Made by a program: the position numbers and the translations under genes. From the NCBI GenBank assembly GCA_944367415.1, contig CALVWN010000035.1, positions 1,212-65,211 on the forward strand: 64,000 bases of DNA, written 5' to 3'. Shown piece by piece: positions 46,739 to 56,114 of this stretch (its first letter is position 1; every line of letters begins with the position of its first letter). Origin of the DNA: an uncultured Clostridia bacterium (lineage in GTDB: Bacteria; Bacillota; Clostridia; Christensenellales; Borkfalkiaceae). The notes below the pieces were generated by a model. That model was given only the letters and a program-made list of their open reading frames with translations. It was not told the origin of the DNA and ran no database searches.

Positions 46739-46771
46739 CAAAAAAATCTTCCCCGCGGGGAAGATTTTTTT
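46739..46771. terminator. bidirectional Rho-independent terminator
   Basis: AAAAAA, then stem ATCTTCCCCG / CGGGGAAGAT, then TTTTTTT. It lies between the convergent giant gene and metA. Confidence 0.8.
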
Positions 46772-47681
46772 ATCGGTCGAGCCGATAGGGCGTCGTCTGA
46801 TAGACGAAGTTGAGCCAGTTGTTGTAAAAGAGATTGGCGGTGGACGACCAGTTCATGTTGACGGTCGTATCCGACTTGTCTGCAAAGTAGCAGTGGGGGC
46901 GCTCGATGGGCAGCCCGCGGCAAAGGTCGCGCTCGTATTCCTTCTTCAGCGTGTCGCGGTCATATTCCATGTGCCCGAGCACGAACACCTGACTGTGGGA
47001 GAGGTCGCAGGCGATGGAGACGCCCGCGCGGCGGGAGGAGGCGAGGATCTTCAGCCGCCCGTCCCGCAGGAGATCCGCCTCGCGCACCGTCGAGTGGCGG
47101 GAATGGCACATATGAAATTCGTCCGAGATGCCGCGCATCAGCGGATCGGGCGGATCGATGGCAGCCTTTTGGTGGAGAAATACGCCGAACAGCTTCTTTT
47201 GCAGGGGGTATTTGCGGATGCCGTAAAAGTGGTAGAGCGCCGCCATCGCACCCCAGCAGATGAAGATGGTGGACGTGACGTTGGTCTTTGTCCACTCGAA
47301 CAGGCGCACCAGCTCGTCCCAGTAGGCGACTTCGGAAAAGGGCATATCCTCGACGGGCGCACCCGTCACGATCATGCCGTCAAAGCGCCGCGTGCGGACG
47401 TGTTCGAAGGATTGATAGAATTTGCCGAGGTACTCCGCCTCCGTGTTGCGGGAGCGATAGCTCTCGGTGTGGATGAGCGTGATGTTCACCTGCAGCGGGG
47501 AATTGGACAGAAGGCGCATGAACTGCGTCTCCGTCTCCTTCTTGGTGGGCATGAGATTGAGCACGGCGATCTCGATGGGGCGGATGTCCTGCGAAGTCGC
47601 GCGCTCCTTGTCCATGACGACGATGCGCTCCGACTGCAGAACGGAGTAGGCGGGAAGATTGCGGTCGATGACGATGGGCAT
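46770..47681 (-). CDS. metA: homoserine O-acyltransferase (MetA family)
   Basis: MPIVIDRNLPA...IEIAVLNLMPTKKETETQF.RLL...GMIVTGAP...FICWGAMAALYHFYGI is the classic MetA pattern. Stop is TAA. Confidence 0.9.
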   Translation of the reverse strand: MPIVIDRNLPAYSVLQSERIVVMDKERATSQDIRPIEIAVLNLMPTKKETETQFMRLLSNSPLQVNITLIHTESYRSRNTEAEYLGKFYQSFEHVRTRRFDGMIVTGAPVEDMPFSEVAYWDELVRLFEWTKTNVTSTIFICWGAMAALYHFYGIRKYPLQKKLFGVFLHQKAAIDPPDPLMRGISDEFHMCHSRHSTVREADLLRDGRLKILASSRRAGVSIACDLSHSQVFVLGHMEYDRDTLKKEYERDLCRGLPIERPHCYFADKSDTTVNMNWSSTANLFYNNWLNFVYQTTPYRLDR

Positions 47682-47701
47682 GGGAACTTCCTCTCACATC
47701 G

Positions 47702-48970
47702 TCAGACGCATTCGAGCGCCTGCGCAAGGTCGGCAATGAGGTCGTCCGCATTTTCGATGCCGACGGAGAGGCGCACGAGATTGGGCGCAATGCCCGCCGC
47801 GGCGAGCTGCTGCTCGTTGAGCTGGCGGTGGGTGGTGGAAGCGGGGTGCAGCACGCAGCTGCGCACATCGGCGACGTGCGTCTCCTGCGTGGCGATGCGC
47901 AAATGCTCCATGAACCGCGCGCACGCCTTGACGTCGCCGCGGATGCCGAAGCTCATCATGCCGCCCGTGCCGTTCGGGAGATACTTTTGGGCGAGGGCGT
48001 GATATTTGTTGTCGGGAAGGGTCACCGAGCGCACCCATTCGATCTTGGGATGGGCGGCGAGGAAGGCGGCGATCTTTTCCGCGTTGCGGCTGTGCCGCTC
48101 CATGCGGAGGGCGAGCGTATCGCTGCCCAGAAGGGTCAGAAAGGCATTCTGTGGGCTCATGACCGCGCCCGTGTCGCGCATCATCTGCGCGCGGCACTTG
48201 GTGCCGAACGCGACGGGCAGATCGGCATAGACAAGCCCGTGATAGCTCTCGTCGGGGGTGTTGAAGGCGGGATAGCGGGGATTTTCTTTGTAGCGGAAGG
48301 CGCCGCCGTCGACGATCATGCCGCCCAGCGCCGCCGCGTGTCCGTCAAGATACTTGCTCGTCTAGTGGATGACGATGTCCGCGCCGAGCGAGAGGGGGCG
48401 GCAGAGCGCGGGCGTCGCGAGCGTATTGTCGACGACGAACAGCACGCCGTGTTCTTTGCAGAGCGCGGAGAGTTTGTCGAAATCGAGAATGACGACGGCG
48501 GGATTGGCGATGGTCTCGGCGAAGACGAATTTCGTCTTTTCGTCGATGAGCGCCCCGATCGCGTCTGCGGGGGCGTCCGCGTCAAAGAAGCGCGCTTCGA
48601 TGCCGAATTTTTTCAGCGTCGTCGAAAACAGGTTGAAGGTGCCGCCGTAGATCTCGCCGGCGGTCACGATGTTGTCGCCCGCCTCGCACAGCGTCATGGC
48701 GGTGAGCAGGATGGCGGACATTCCCGACGCGCAGCCGATGCCGCAGGCGCCGCCCTCCAGCGCAGCGATCTTCTTTTCGAGCGCGTCGACGGTCGGGTTG
48801 GCGAGGCGGGAATAGAAGAATCCCTCCCGCTTCAGATCGAACAAGTCTGCCATCACCTGCGAATCGCCGTAGAAAAAGGTCGTGCTCTGCACGATGGGGG
48901 GGATGCGGCTCTCGCCCGTCTCGGGGTGATAGCCCGCCTGGACGCACAGTGTCTCGATATGGTCTTTCAT
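47702..48970 (-). pseudogene. metY: O-acetylhomoserine sulfhydrylase / aminocarboxypropyltransferase (MetY-type PLP enzyme) interrupted by one in-frame TAG
   Basis: ATG at 48970 follows AAGGAGG. The two ORFs, 48362-48970 and 47702-48319, are in the same frame. The junction reads GADIVIH-TAG-TSKYLDGHAAALGGMIVDGG, and the TAG (48362-48364) sits where this family has Ser, just before the PLP lysine. Confidence 0.85.
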
Positions 48971-48992
48971 GTTGGCCTCCTTGTGGATATGT

Positions 48993-49451
48993 TCAGCGCT
49001 CCATCTCCTTGACGGCGCGCTCCAGCGCGCGCTTCCGGTCGCGTTCGGCGAGCGTGCGCTTCTTGTCATAGGTGTGTTTGCCCTTGCACAGGGCGACTTC
49101 CACCTTGACGAGGGCGTCCTTGAAGTAAATTTTGAGCGGCACGAGCGTGTAGCCGCGCTCGTTGACCTTGCCGACGATCTTGGAGATCTCCATGCGGTTC
49201 AACAGCAGCTTGCGCTCCCGCCGCGAATCGCGCGTGGAAAAGGCGCCGCTCTTGTCATAGAGGGCGATGTGCATATTCTTGAGGAATACTTCTCCCGCGC
49301 GGATCTCGCAGAAACTCTCTCCGAGCGACGCTTTTCCCGTGCGCAGCGACTTGACTTCCGCCCCCTCGAGCACGATCCCCGCCTGATAGCGGTCTTCGAT
49401 GAAGTATTCGAAGGAAGCGGACTTGTTGACGGCAATGGTCTTGACGGACAT
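48993..49451 (-). CDS. smpB: SsrA-binding protein SmpB
   Basis: MSVKTIAVNKSASFEYFIEDRYQAGIVLEGAEVKSLR...ERKLLLNRMEI...GYTLVPLKIYF is the typical SmpB pattern. The start at 49451 lies 1 nt after the rnr stop. Confidence 0.95.
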   Translation of the reverse strand: MSVKTIAVNKSASFEYFIEDRYQAGIVLEGAEVKSLRTGKASLGESFCEIRAGEVFLKNMHIALYDKSGAFSTRDSRRERKLLLNRMEISKIVGKVNERGYTLVPLKIYFKDALVKVEVALCKGKHTYDKKRTLAERDRKRALERAVKEMER

Positions 49452-49452
49452 C

Positions 49453-51543
49453 TCAATCTCCCGTTTTTTCGAGGAAGCGGAACTGCACGCGGCGGGTGCC
49501 CCAGTCGACGCCCGCGACCTGCACGCGCACCTTCTCGCCGAGGTGGAAGGAATTGCGCGTGCCGCGCAGCAAAAAGCGTTCTTCGACAAATTCATAGCTG
49601 TCGTCGGGCAGTGTCTCGACGGGGACAAGCCCTTCGACGGTGTTGGAAAGCTCGGCAAAGATCCCGAACGAGGTGACGCCCGAAATGGTCGCGTCATATT
49701 CCTCGCCGATCTTGTCCTGCATATAGGCGACCGTGTAGAGCGCGTCGACGTCGCGCTCCGCCTCCGTCGCGTTCTTTTCGCAGGCGGAGGACTGCACCGC
49801 CGCCTCGGTCACGAACTTTTTGTACTTCGTGCGCGTCTCGTCGGGAGAAGTGAGGCTCTCCTTGATGATGCGGTGGATGCACAGATCGGGATAGCGGCGG
49901 ATGGGGGAGGTGAAGTGGCAATAGCAGTCGGATGCCAGTCCGAAATGCCCGACATTCTCGGGGGAATACACCGCCTTCATCATCGAACGCAGCATGACGC
50001 GGTTGACGAGGGAATAGAGCAGGGAGTCCTCCAGAGAGCGCAGAAGATCCTGATAGTCCTTCGGCGTGACCTTGGAGGGGTCGAACTTCGCGTGCACGCC
50101 CGCCTCGCGCAGGAAGGTGAGAAAATCCTGCGCCTTCTCCTCACTGGGGCGCTCGTGGATGCGGTAGACGAAGGGCATTCCCTTCTCCGTCATGATGGTC
50201 GCGACGCTCTCGTTGGCGAGCACCATGAACTGTTCGATCATCTCGTGCGAGATGGTGCGCTCATAGTCGGGGATGGAGATGACGCCGTTTTCATAGAGGA
50301 TCTTTGCCTCCTTGACGTCGAGCGCCACGCCGCCCCTTGCCTCGCGGTTGCGCTTTAAGATCCTGGTCAGCTCGACCGCCGTCTGCACGAACTCTGTGAG
50401 GTCGGGATACTGCTTTCGTGCCGTCTCGTCGCCTTCGGCGATCGCCGTCACGGCGTGATAGGTCATGCGGTGACGGGAACAGATGACGGCGGGCGCCACG
50501 CGCCGCTCGAGCACCTTGCCGTTCTCGCCGATCGTCATAAAGCAGGAGAGTGTCAGCCGCGGCACGCCCTCGTTGAGCGAGCAGATATTGTTGGAGAGCG
50601 CGGTGGGGAGCATGGGCAGCACGCGGTCGGGAAAATAGACGCTCGTGCCGCGCGAGAATGCCTCGTTGTCGATGGCGCTGTGCCATTTGACGTAGTGGGT
50701 GACGTCGGCGATATGCACGCCGAGATAGAATTTCCCGTTTTCCTTGCGGATGGAGATGGCGTCGTCGATGTCGCGCGTGTCCTCGCCGTCCACCGTGACG
50801 ATCAGCTCCTCTCTCAGGTCGATGCGACCCGTGAGGTCATCCAGCGGGGAGCGTTCCGCCTGCCGCTCCGCTGCCTGCAGCACATCGGCGGGGAACTCCT
50901 CCTTTAAGTTGTGGGCGCGGATGAGCGCCTTTTCCTCGACAAAGAAATCTCCGCTCTCGCCCAGGATCTCGACGATCTCTCCCGTGGGCATCCGCCCGTC
51001 GAAGGAGCGGATGTGCGCCACCACCTTCGCGCCGCTCGAGGCACCCTTGCAGCGGTCGCTCGGGATGAAGATGTCGGTGGAGAACTTCCGGTCGTCCGGG
51101 TGGATGGAGCCGCCCGTGCGCTCGCAGCGGAAGGTGCCGACCAGTTCCGTGTATCCGCGCTTGACGACGGCGAGCACTTCGCCCTCGTCGCCGAATTTGC
51201 CGCCCTTTTTGAAGGCGAGCACGGTGTCCTTGTTGTATGCCCCGCGCAGCGCGCGGTGGGGGATGAACAGATCGTCAAGCTCGGGGTCGTCGGGCACGAA
51301 AAAGCCGAACCCGCGCTCGTTTCCCGAGATGGTGCCCTGCATCGCGCCGAACTGTTCGGCGGTGCCGAAGCGGCCGGACAGGTCACAGTAGATCGCACCC
51401 TCCTGTACGAGCGAGCGCAGCAGCTCGCCGACGGCGGCCGCGGCCTTTCCCTTGAGATGCAGTTTTTTGGCGATGTCCTCCTCCGTCAGAAGAGCGAAGG
51501 AGCCGTCGCAGATTTTTTGCAGTAATGTCTGTTTTGCGTTCAT
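49453..51543 (-). CDS. rnr: ribonuclease R
   Basis: ATG at 51543. The translation shows cold-shock-like N-terminal domains, the RNB motif (VTVDGEDTRDIDDAISI), and a C-terminal S1 domain (ISGVTSFGIFAEL). Confidence 0.95.
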   Translation of the reverse strand: MNAKQTLLQKICDGSFALLTEEDIAKKLHLKGKAAAAVGELLRSLVQEGAIYCDLSGRFGTAEQFGAMQGTISGNERGFGFFVPDDPELDDLFIPHRALRGAYNKDTVLAFKKGGKFGDEGEVLAVVKRGYTELVGTFRCERTGGSIHPDDRKFSTDIFIPSDRCKGASSGAKVVAHIRSFDGRMPTGEIVEILGESGDFFVEEKALIRAHNLKEEFPADVLQAAERQAERSPLDDLTGRIDLREELIVTVDGEDTRDIDDAISIRKENGKFYLGVHIADVTHYVKWHSAIDNEAFSRGTSVYFPDRVLPMLPTALSNNICSLNEGVPRLTLSCFMTIGENGKVLERRVAPAVICSRHRMTYHAVTAIAEGDETARKQYPDLTEFVQTAVELTRILKRNREARGGVALDVKEAKILYENGVISIPDYERTISHEMIEQFMVLANESVATIMTEKGMPFVYRIHERPSEEKAQDFLTFLREAGVHAKFDPSKVTPKDYQDLLRSLEDSLLYSLVNRVMLRSMMKAVYSPENVGHFGLASDCYCHFTSPIRRYPDLCIHRIIKESLTSPDETRTKYKKFVTEAAVQSSACEKNATEAERDVDALYTVAYMQDKIGEEYDATISGVTSFGIFAELSNTVEGLVPVETLPDDSYEFVEERFLLRGTRNSFHLGEKVRVQVAGVDWGTRRVQFRFLEKTGD

Positions 51544-51641
51544 AAGTTGTCCGTAATCCGAAATTTGTGGAGAATTCAAATTAGAAAAAAACGAGCCGCA
51601 TTGCGCCGCCCGTTTGTGTTCTTTGCGAGGAAAGCCGCCGC

Positions 51642-51962
51642 TTATTCCACGGGGCCCCAGATCGCAGGGATCTGCAGAATGAAGAAGACGATCGCAAGTA
51701 CGGCAAGCACTGCGAGACAGATGATCGTCCACATTTTGAGCTTGGACTCGATGGATCTGCCCTTGTTCTTTCCGTAGAACGTCTCGCTCGTTCCGCCGAG
51801 CGCGTCGATGCCCTGCGAGTTGCCGGGCTGCAGCATGACGAGGATGATCGCCGCGAGCGCCGCGACCGCCATCAGGATGACGAGCGTGTAATTGATCGCA
51901 TAATAGACGCTCTCCGTAGATGCATTCCAGAAGTTGACGACTTCAAGCAAACTGTTGATCAT
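51642..51962 (-). CDS. secG: preprotein translocase subunit SecG
   Basis: 106 aa with two TM helices and the central LLQPGNSQGIDALGG motif typical of SecG. ATG at 51962 follows AAAGGAAC. Confidence 0.85.
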   Translation of the reverse strand: MINSLLEVVNFWNASTESVYYAINYTLVILMAVAALAAIILVMLQPGNSQGIDALGGTSETFYGKNKGRSIESKLKMWTIICLAVLAVLAIVFFILQIPAIWGPVE

Positions 51963-52000
51963 AGATGGTTCCTTTCGAATGTTTTCAAAATTCAATGGGA

Positions 52001-52029
52001 ATTATACCATATCCCGATGAGAAAGACAA
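52001..52029 (-). promoter_or_regulatory. candidate promoter of secG-rnr-smpB
   Basis: On the minus strand it reads TTGTCT, 17 nt, TGGTATAAT. Confidence 0.5.
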
Positions 52030-52108
52030 CTTTTTTTGCGCCCGTTTGCAAAAAAGTCGCGAAAAAGAAAAAATTTCATATTCGCGCCCATCCGAACGCC
52101 GCCATTTA

Positions 52109-52137
52109 TTGACAATTCTTCGCGCGCACGCTATAAT
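52109..52137 (+). promoter_or_regulatory. promoter placed for a leaderless aroK transcript
   Basis: TTGACA (52109-52114), 17 nt, TATAAT (52132-52137). Only 6 nt separate the -10 box from the ATG at 52144, and there is no Shine-Dalgarno sequence. Confidence 0.5.
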
Positions 52138-52143
52138 AAAAAC

Positions 52144-52650
52144 ATGGACAACCTTGTTCTCATCGGGATGCCGTCGTCGGGCAAGAGCACGGCGGGCGTC
52201 CTGCTCGCAAAAAAGATCGGGTACGGATTCATCGACTGCGATCTCATCATCCAGGGCGAACAGGGAGCGCTCCTCTCCGAGATCATCGCAAAGGAGGGGG
52301 CGGACGGGTTTCTGGCGATCGAAGAGCGCGTCAACGCGGGACTTGCGGCGATGCGCTGCGTCATCGCGACGGGCGGCAGCGTCTGTTATTCCGACCGCGC
52401 CATGCGGCATCTGAGATCCATCGGGACGGTTGTCTATCTTCAATTAAGTGAGGAAGAGGTGGCGCGCCGCATCCCCAACCTTGTGCGGCGGGGGGTCGTC
52501 ATGCGCGGGAACGTCAGGACGCTGCGCGAGCTGTATCGCGAGCGCATCCCGCTCTATGAACGGTATGCAGACATCACCGTTCCGTGCGACGGCCAGACGA
52601 TCGACGAGACGGTGCAGGCGATCGCGGCGGCTGCCGGTTTTTCGATATGA
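52144..52650 (+). CDS. aroK: shikimate kinase
   Basis: LIGMPSSGKSTAGVLLAKKIGYGFIDCDLIIQ...ATGGSV... is the typical AroK P-loop and shikimate-binding pattern. Confidence 0.9.
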   Translation: MDNLVLIGMPSSGKSTAGVLLAKKIGYGFIDCDLIIQGEQGALLSEIIAKEGADGFLAIEERVNAGLAAMRCVIATGGSVCYSDRAMRHLRSIGTVVYLQLSEEEVARRIPNLVRRGVVMRGNVRTLRELYRERIPLYERYADITVPCDGQTIDETVQAIAAAAGFSI

Positions 52651-53606
52651 GAATTTGTATTTACGGCGCCGGGGCGATGGGGACGTCGCTCGGCGTTCTG
52701 CTCGACGAGATGTCGCTCGAGTTCATCTCCGGCAACGAGGAACACGTCGCCGCCATGAACCGTTCGGGCGCCCTCATCGAGGGCGCGATCACGCGCTGCG
52801 TCAAAGTGCGCGCAAAACTTCCCTCGCAGATGGAGGGGAAGTACGACATCATCATTCTCGCGGTCAAGCAGCGCGAAAACGAGGCGGTCGCGCCCTTCCT
52901 GCTTCCCTTTCTGCGGGAGGACGGCGCGCTCGTCACCGTGCAGAACGGGCTTCCAGAGCCTGCGCTCGCCGAAGTGTTCGGCGCGGAGCGCGTCTACGGC
53001 TGCACGCTCTCGTGGAGCGCCGAGAAGATCGCGCCCGGCACGGTGCGCGTCACGAGCGACACGGGCTTTCACCTTGCGCTTGGCGCCTACGGCAGCGGCA
53101 GGCGGCTGGAGGACGTCGCCGCGCTCTTCGCGCACGCGGGCACGCTGACCGTCGGCGATCTCGCGAGCATCCGCTACGCCAAGCTCGCCGTCAACGCCTC
53201 CTTCTCCACGCTCTCCGCCATCTCGGGCATGACGTTCTATCAGCTCGCCAGAAAGCAGAAGAAGCGCGTGCTCGGGCTCATGCGCGAGGTGTTTGCCGTC
53301 GCGCGCGCCAACGGCTGCACGCGGCTCATGCAGAACGGCCACGACCTCATGAAGCTGTTCGGCGGCGCGCTCGCGCCCGTTCTTCTGCCCGTTGCGATGA
53401 AGAGCTACGCGCACACCCGCTCCGGGATGCTGCGCGATATCCGCGCGGGCAAGCGCTGCGACGTCGATTTCGTCGCGGGCGCCGCCGTTGCCGCGGGGGA
53501 GAAGGCGGGGGTTCCGACGCCCCTTCTGGCACGTGCCGTCGCCCTCGTGCACGACGTCGAAAACGGGATTGCCGAGATCGCGCCCGACACGCTTTTGCTG
53601 CTTTGA
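52647..53606 (+). CDS. ketopantoate reductase (PanE/ApbA) family oxidoreductase
   Basis: ATGA overlap with the aroK stop. It has an N-terminal Rossmann motif (MRICIYGAGAMG), a VQNG motif, and a C-terminal ApbA-like domain (SGMLRDIRAGKRCDVDF). Confidence 0.8.
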   Translation: MRICIYGAGAMGTSLGVLLDEMSLEFISGNEEHVAAMNRSGALIEGAITRCVKVRAKLPSQMEGKYDIIILAVKQRENEAVAPFLLPFLREDGALVTVQNGLPEPALAEVFGAERVYGCTLSWSAEKIAPGTVRVTSDTGFHLALGAYGSGRRLEDVAALFAHAGTLTVGDLASIRYAKLAVNASFSTLSAISGMTFYQLARKQKKRVLGLMREVFAVARANGCTRLMQNGHDLMKLFGGALAPVLLPVAMKSYAHTRSGMLRDIRAGKRCDVDFVAGAAVAAGEKAGVPTPLLARAVALVHDVENGIAEIAPDTLLLL

Positions 53607-53628
53607 TATTTTGAGAAAGAGGAGTTCT

Positions 53629-55263
53629 ATGGATCTGAATACACTTGCCGAGCGGCTGCTTCCCGGGGAGTATCCCGCCCTCGATACCTTTGAAAAACAG
53701 TACCCGCCGCGGGATTTGCCCAAAAATGCCGAGGTGACGCGCCTTGCGCCCTCGCCCACGGGATTCATCCATCTCGGCAATTTATTCGTTGCCATCGCCA
53801 ACGAGCGCATCGCGCACCGCAGCGGCGGCGTGCTCTATCTGCGCATCGAGGATACCGATCTCAAGCGCAAGGTGGAGGGCGCCGTGGAGGCGGTCATCTC
53901 CGCGCTCGACTACTTTGACATCCGCTTCGACGAAGGGGCTCAGATCGGCGGCGACGACACCTATGCGCCGGGGTATCAGCGGCAGCGCGCGCACATCTAC
54001 CGCGCCTATGCGAAAGATCTCATCCGCCGCGGCAGGGCATATCCGTGCTTTTGCACGGAGGAGGAGCTTGCTGCACTGCGCGAGGAGCAGACGGCGAACA
54101 AGGAAGTGACGGGCTATTACGGCAAGTACGCCAAGTGGCGCGACGCGCCCGAGGAGGCAGTGTATGCCGCGCTCGACGCGGGCAAGCCCTATGTCATCCG
54201 GTTAAAGTCGATGGGGGGTGCGTCGCACAAATTCACCTTCCACGACGAGATCAAGGGAGACGTCACCGTCACCGAGAACGACCAGGATGTCGTCATCTTA
54301 AAGTCGGACGGCATCCCGACCTACCACTTCGCGCACGCCGTCGACGACCACCTCATGCGCACGACGCTCGTCATCCGCGGCGAGGAGTGGCTCGCCTCCC
54401 TGCCCATCCACCTCGAACTCTTTGACGTTTTGGGCTTCCGCCGCCCCAAGTACGGGCACAACTGCTCGCTCATGAAGATGGACGGCGAGTCCAAGCGCAA
54501 GCTCTCCAAGCGCAAGGATCCCGAGCTGTCGCTCTCCTATTACCGGCAGGAGGGGTATCATCCCTTCGCGGTCAAGGTGTATATGCTCACGCTGCTCAAT
54601 TCCGACTTCGAGGAATGGCACATGAAGTTCCCCGACAAGCCGCTCGAAGAGTTTCCCTTCCGTATCGGCAAGATGAGCAAGAGTGGCGCGCTCTTCGACC
54701 TCGACAAGCTCAACGACATCTCCAAGACCGAGCTTGCCCGCCTCTCCGCGGAGGAGATGCTCGCCTTCCTGAAAGCGTGGGCTGCAGATTACGGCACACC
54801 CGCGCAGCAGGCATATTTTGCGGACGAAGGGTATCTTTTGAAAGTTCTGACGCTGTGCATGGGCATCGGCGGCAAGAAGCGCCGCAAGGACTTTGTGACG
54901 GCGAAACAGGCGATGGAGGAGATCGGGTACTTCTTCTCCGGGCGCACGCAGCGCGATGACTACCGCGTCGACGAGGCGACGCGCAATGCGATCCTCGACG
55001 GTTTTCTTACGACCTTTTCCATCGAAAACGACGCGCAGGTATGGTTTTCCAACGTCAAGGCGCTTGCCGGCTCGCTCGGCTTCGCCGCCGAGATGCGCGA
55101 CTATAAGGCGAACCCCGCGGCGTATAAGGGCAGCGTCTCCGACGTTGCGGAAGTGCTGCGCATCGCCGTGACGGGCAGGGCGAATACCCCCGATCTTTGG
55201 ACGATCATGCAGATCCTGGGGGATGCGCGCACGCGGGAGCGCATCCTGGCGGCGCGCGCGTAA
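53629..55263 (+). CDS. gltX: glutamate--tRNA ligase
   Basis: RBS is AAAGAGGAG. It has a class I HIGH-type motif (PSPTGFIHLGN), LRIEDTD, and KMSKSG. Confidence 0.9.
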   Translation: MDLNTLAERLLPGEYPALDTFEKQYPPRDLPKNAEVTRLAPSPTGFIHLGNLFVAIANERIAHRSGGVLYLRIEDTDLKRKVEGAVEAVISALDYFDIRFDEGAQIGGDDTYAPGYQRQRAHIYRAYAKDLIRRGRAYPCFCTEEELAALREEQTANKEVTGYYGKYAKWRDAPEEAVYAALDAGKPYVIRLKSMGGASHKFTFHDEIKGDVTVTENDQDVVILKSDGIPTYHFAHAVDDHLMRTTLVIRGEEWLASLPIHLELFDVLGFRRPKYGHNCSLMKMDGESKRKLSKRKDPELSLSYYRQEGYHPFAVKVYMLTLLNSDFEEWHMKFPDKPLEEFPFRIGKMSKSGALFDLDKLNDISKTELARLSAEEMLAFLKAWAADYGTPAQQAYFADEGYLLKVLTLCMGIGGKKRRKDFVTAKQAMEEIGYFFSGRTQRDDYRVDEATRNAILDGFLTTFSIENDAQVWFSNVKALAGSLGFAAEMRDYKANPAAYKGSVSDVAEVLRIAVTGRANTPDLWTIMQILGDARTRERILAARA

Positions 55264-55283
55264 CGCGGATCAAGGAGAATACA

Positions 55284-56114
55284 ATGAGCAGAGCGGACGA
55301 GATCTTTATTGCAAACTGCAAGGATATTTTGGAGAACGGGGTGTGGGATACCGACGCGAAGGTGCGTCCGCACTGGGAGGACGGCACGCCCGCGCACACC
55401 GTCAAAAAGTTCGGCATCGTCAACCGTTACGATCTGCAGGAGGAATTTCCCATCCAGACCATCCGTCGCTGCGCGTTCAAGTCGTGCGTCAAGGAACTGC
55501 TCTGGATCTGGCAGAAGAAGAGCAACAACATCCACGACCTTGACTCGCACATCTGGGATGCCTGGGCGGACGAGACGGGTTCCATCGGCAAGGCGTACGG
55601 CTATCAGCTCGCCAAGAAGGCGATCTATAAGGAAGGGGAGTTCGACCAGGTGGATCGGGTGCTGTACGACCTGAAACACAACCCCGCATCCCGCCGCATC
55701 CTCACCAATTTATACAACTTTGAAGATCTGCACGAGATGCACTTATATCCCTGCGCCTATTCGATGACTTTCAACGTCTCGGGAGATACCCTAAACGGCA
55801 TCCTCAACCAGCGCTCCAACGATATGCTCACGGCAAACGGCTGGAACGTGACGCAGTATGCGGTGCTGCTCATCATGTTCGCGCAGGTGAGCGGTCTGAA
55901 GGCGGGCGAGCTTGTGCACGTCATCGCGGACGCACACCTCTACGACAGGCACATCCCCATCGTCAAAGAGGTCATCTCGCACACGCCGAAGCCCGCGCCC
56001 AGGCTCCTCGTCGATGAGAGCATCACCAACTTTTACGACTTCACGGCGGACAGCTTCCGCCTGGAAAATTATGAATACACGCCGATCACGGCGACCATCC
56101 CGGTGGCGATATGA
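55284..56114 (+). CDS. thyA: thymidylate synthase (ThyA)
   Basis: RBS is AAGGAGAA. Motifs are ELLWIWQ, PCAYSMTF (catalytic Cys), NQRSNDM and DAHLYD. Confidence 0.95.
   Translation: MSRADEIFIANCKDILENGVWDTDAKVRPHWEDGTPAHTVKKFGIVNRYDLQEEFPIQTIRRCAFKSCVKELLWIWQKKSNNIHDLDSHIWDAWADETGSIGKAYGYQLAKKAIYKEGEFDQVDRVLYDLKHNPASRRILTNLYNFEDLHEMHLYPCAYSMTFNVSGDTLNGILNQRSNDMLTANGWNVTQYAVLLIMFAQVSGLKAGELVHVIADAHLYDRHIPIVKEVISHTPKPAPRLLVDESITNFYDFTADSFRLENYEYTPITATIPVAI

Noticed and set aside
10262-46771. Mobile element, prophage or genomic-island boundaries around the adhesin locus.
   Set aside because: I saw no integrase, transposase, tRNA attachment site or flanking direct repeats. Coding-region GC richness looks the same as in the flanks, so horizontal origin cannot be argued from this window.
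48362-48364. Pyrrolysine or selenocysteine-style programmed recoding of the metY TAG.
   Set aside because: The position corresponds to a conserved Ser in this enzyme family. Pyl is known in methylamine methyltransferases, not here. No pyl genes or downstream structure were seen in the window. I kept it only as a low-probability alternative in the finding.
48971-48992. SAM riboswitch or T-box leader upstream of metY, and tmRNA (ssrA) downstream of smpB.
   Set aside because: Only 22 nt separate smpB from metY, which is far too short for either RNA element. No tRNA-like or riboswitch-like structure was seen elsewhere between 46.7 and 52 kb.
51544-51641. Terminator or small RNA between secG and rnr.
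   Set aside because: A T run is present on the minus strand, but the preceding sequence forms only a 5-bp imperfect stem. That is not enough to call a terminator or ncRNA.
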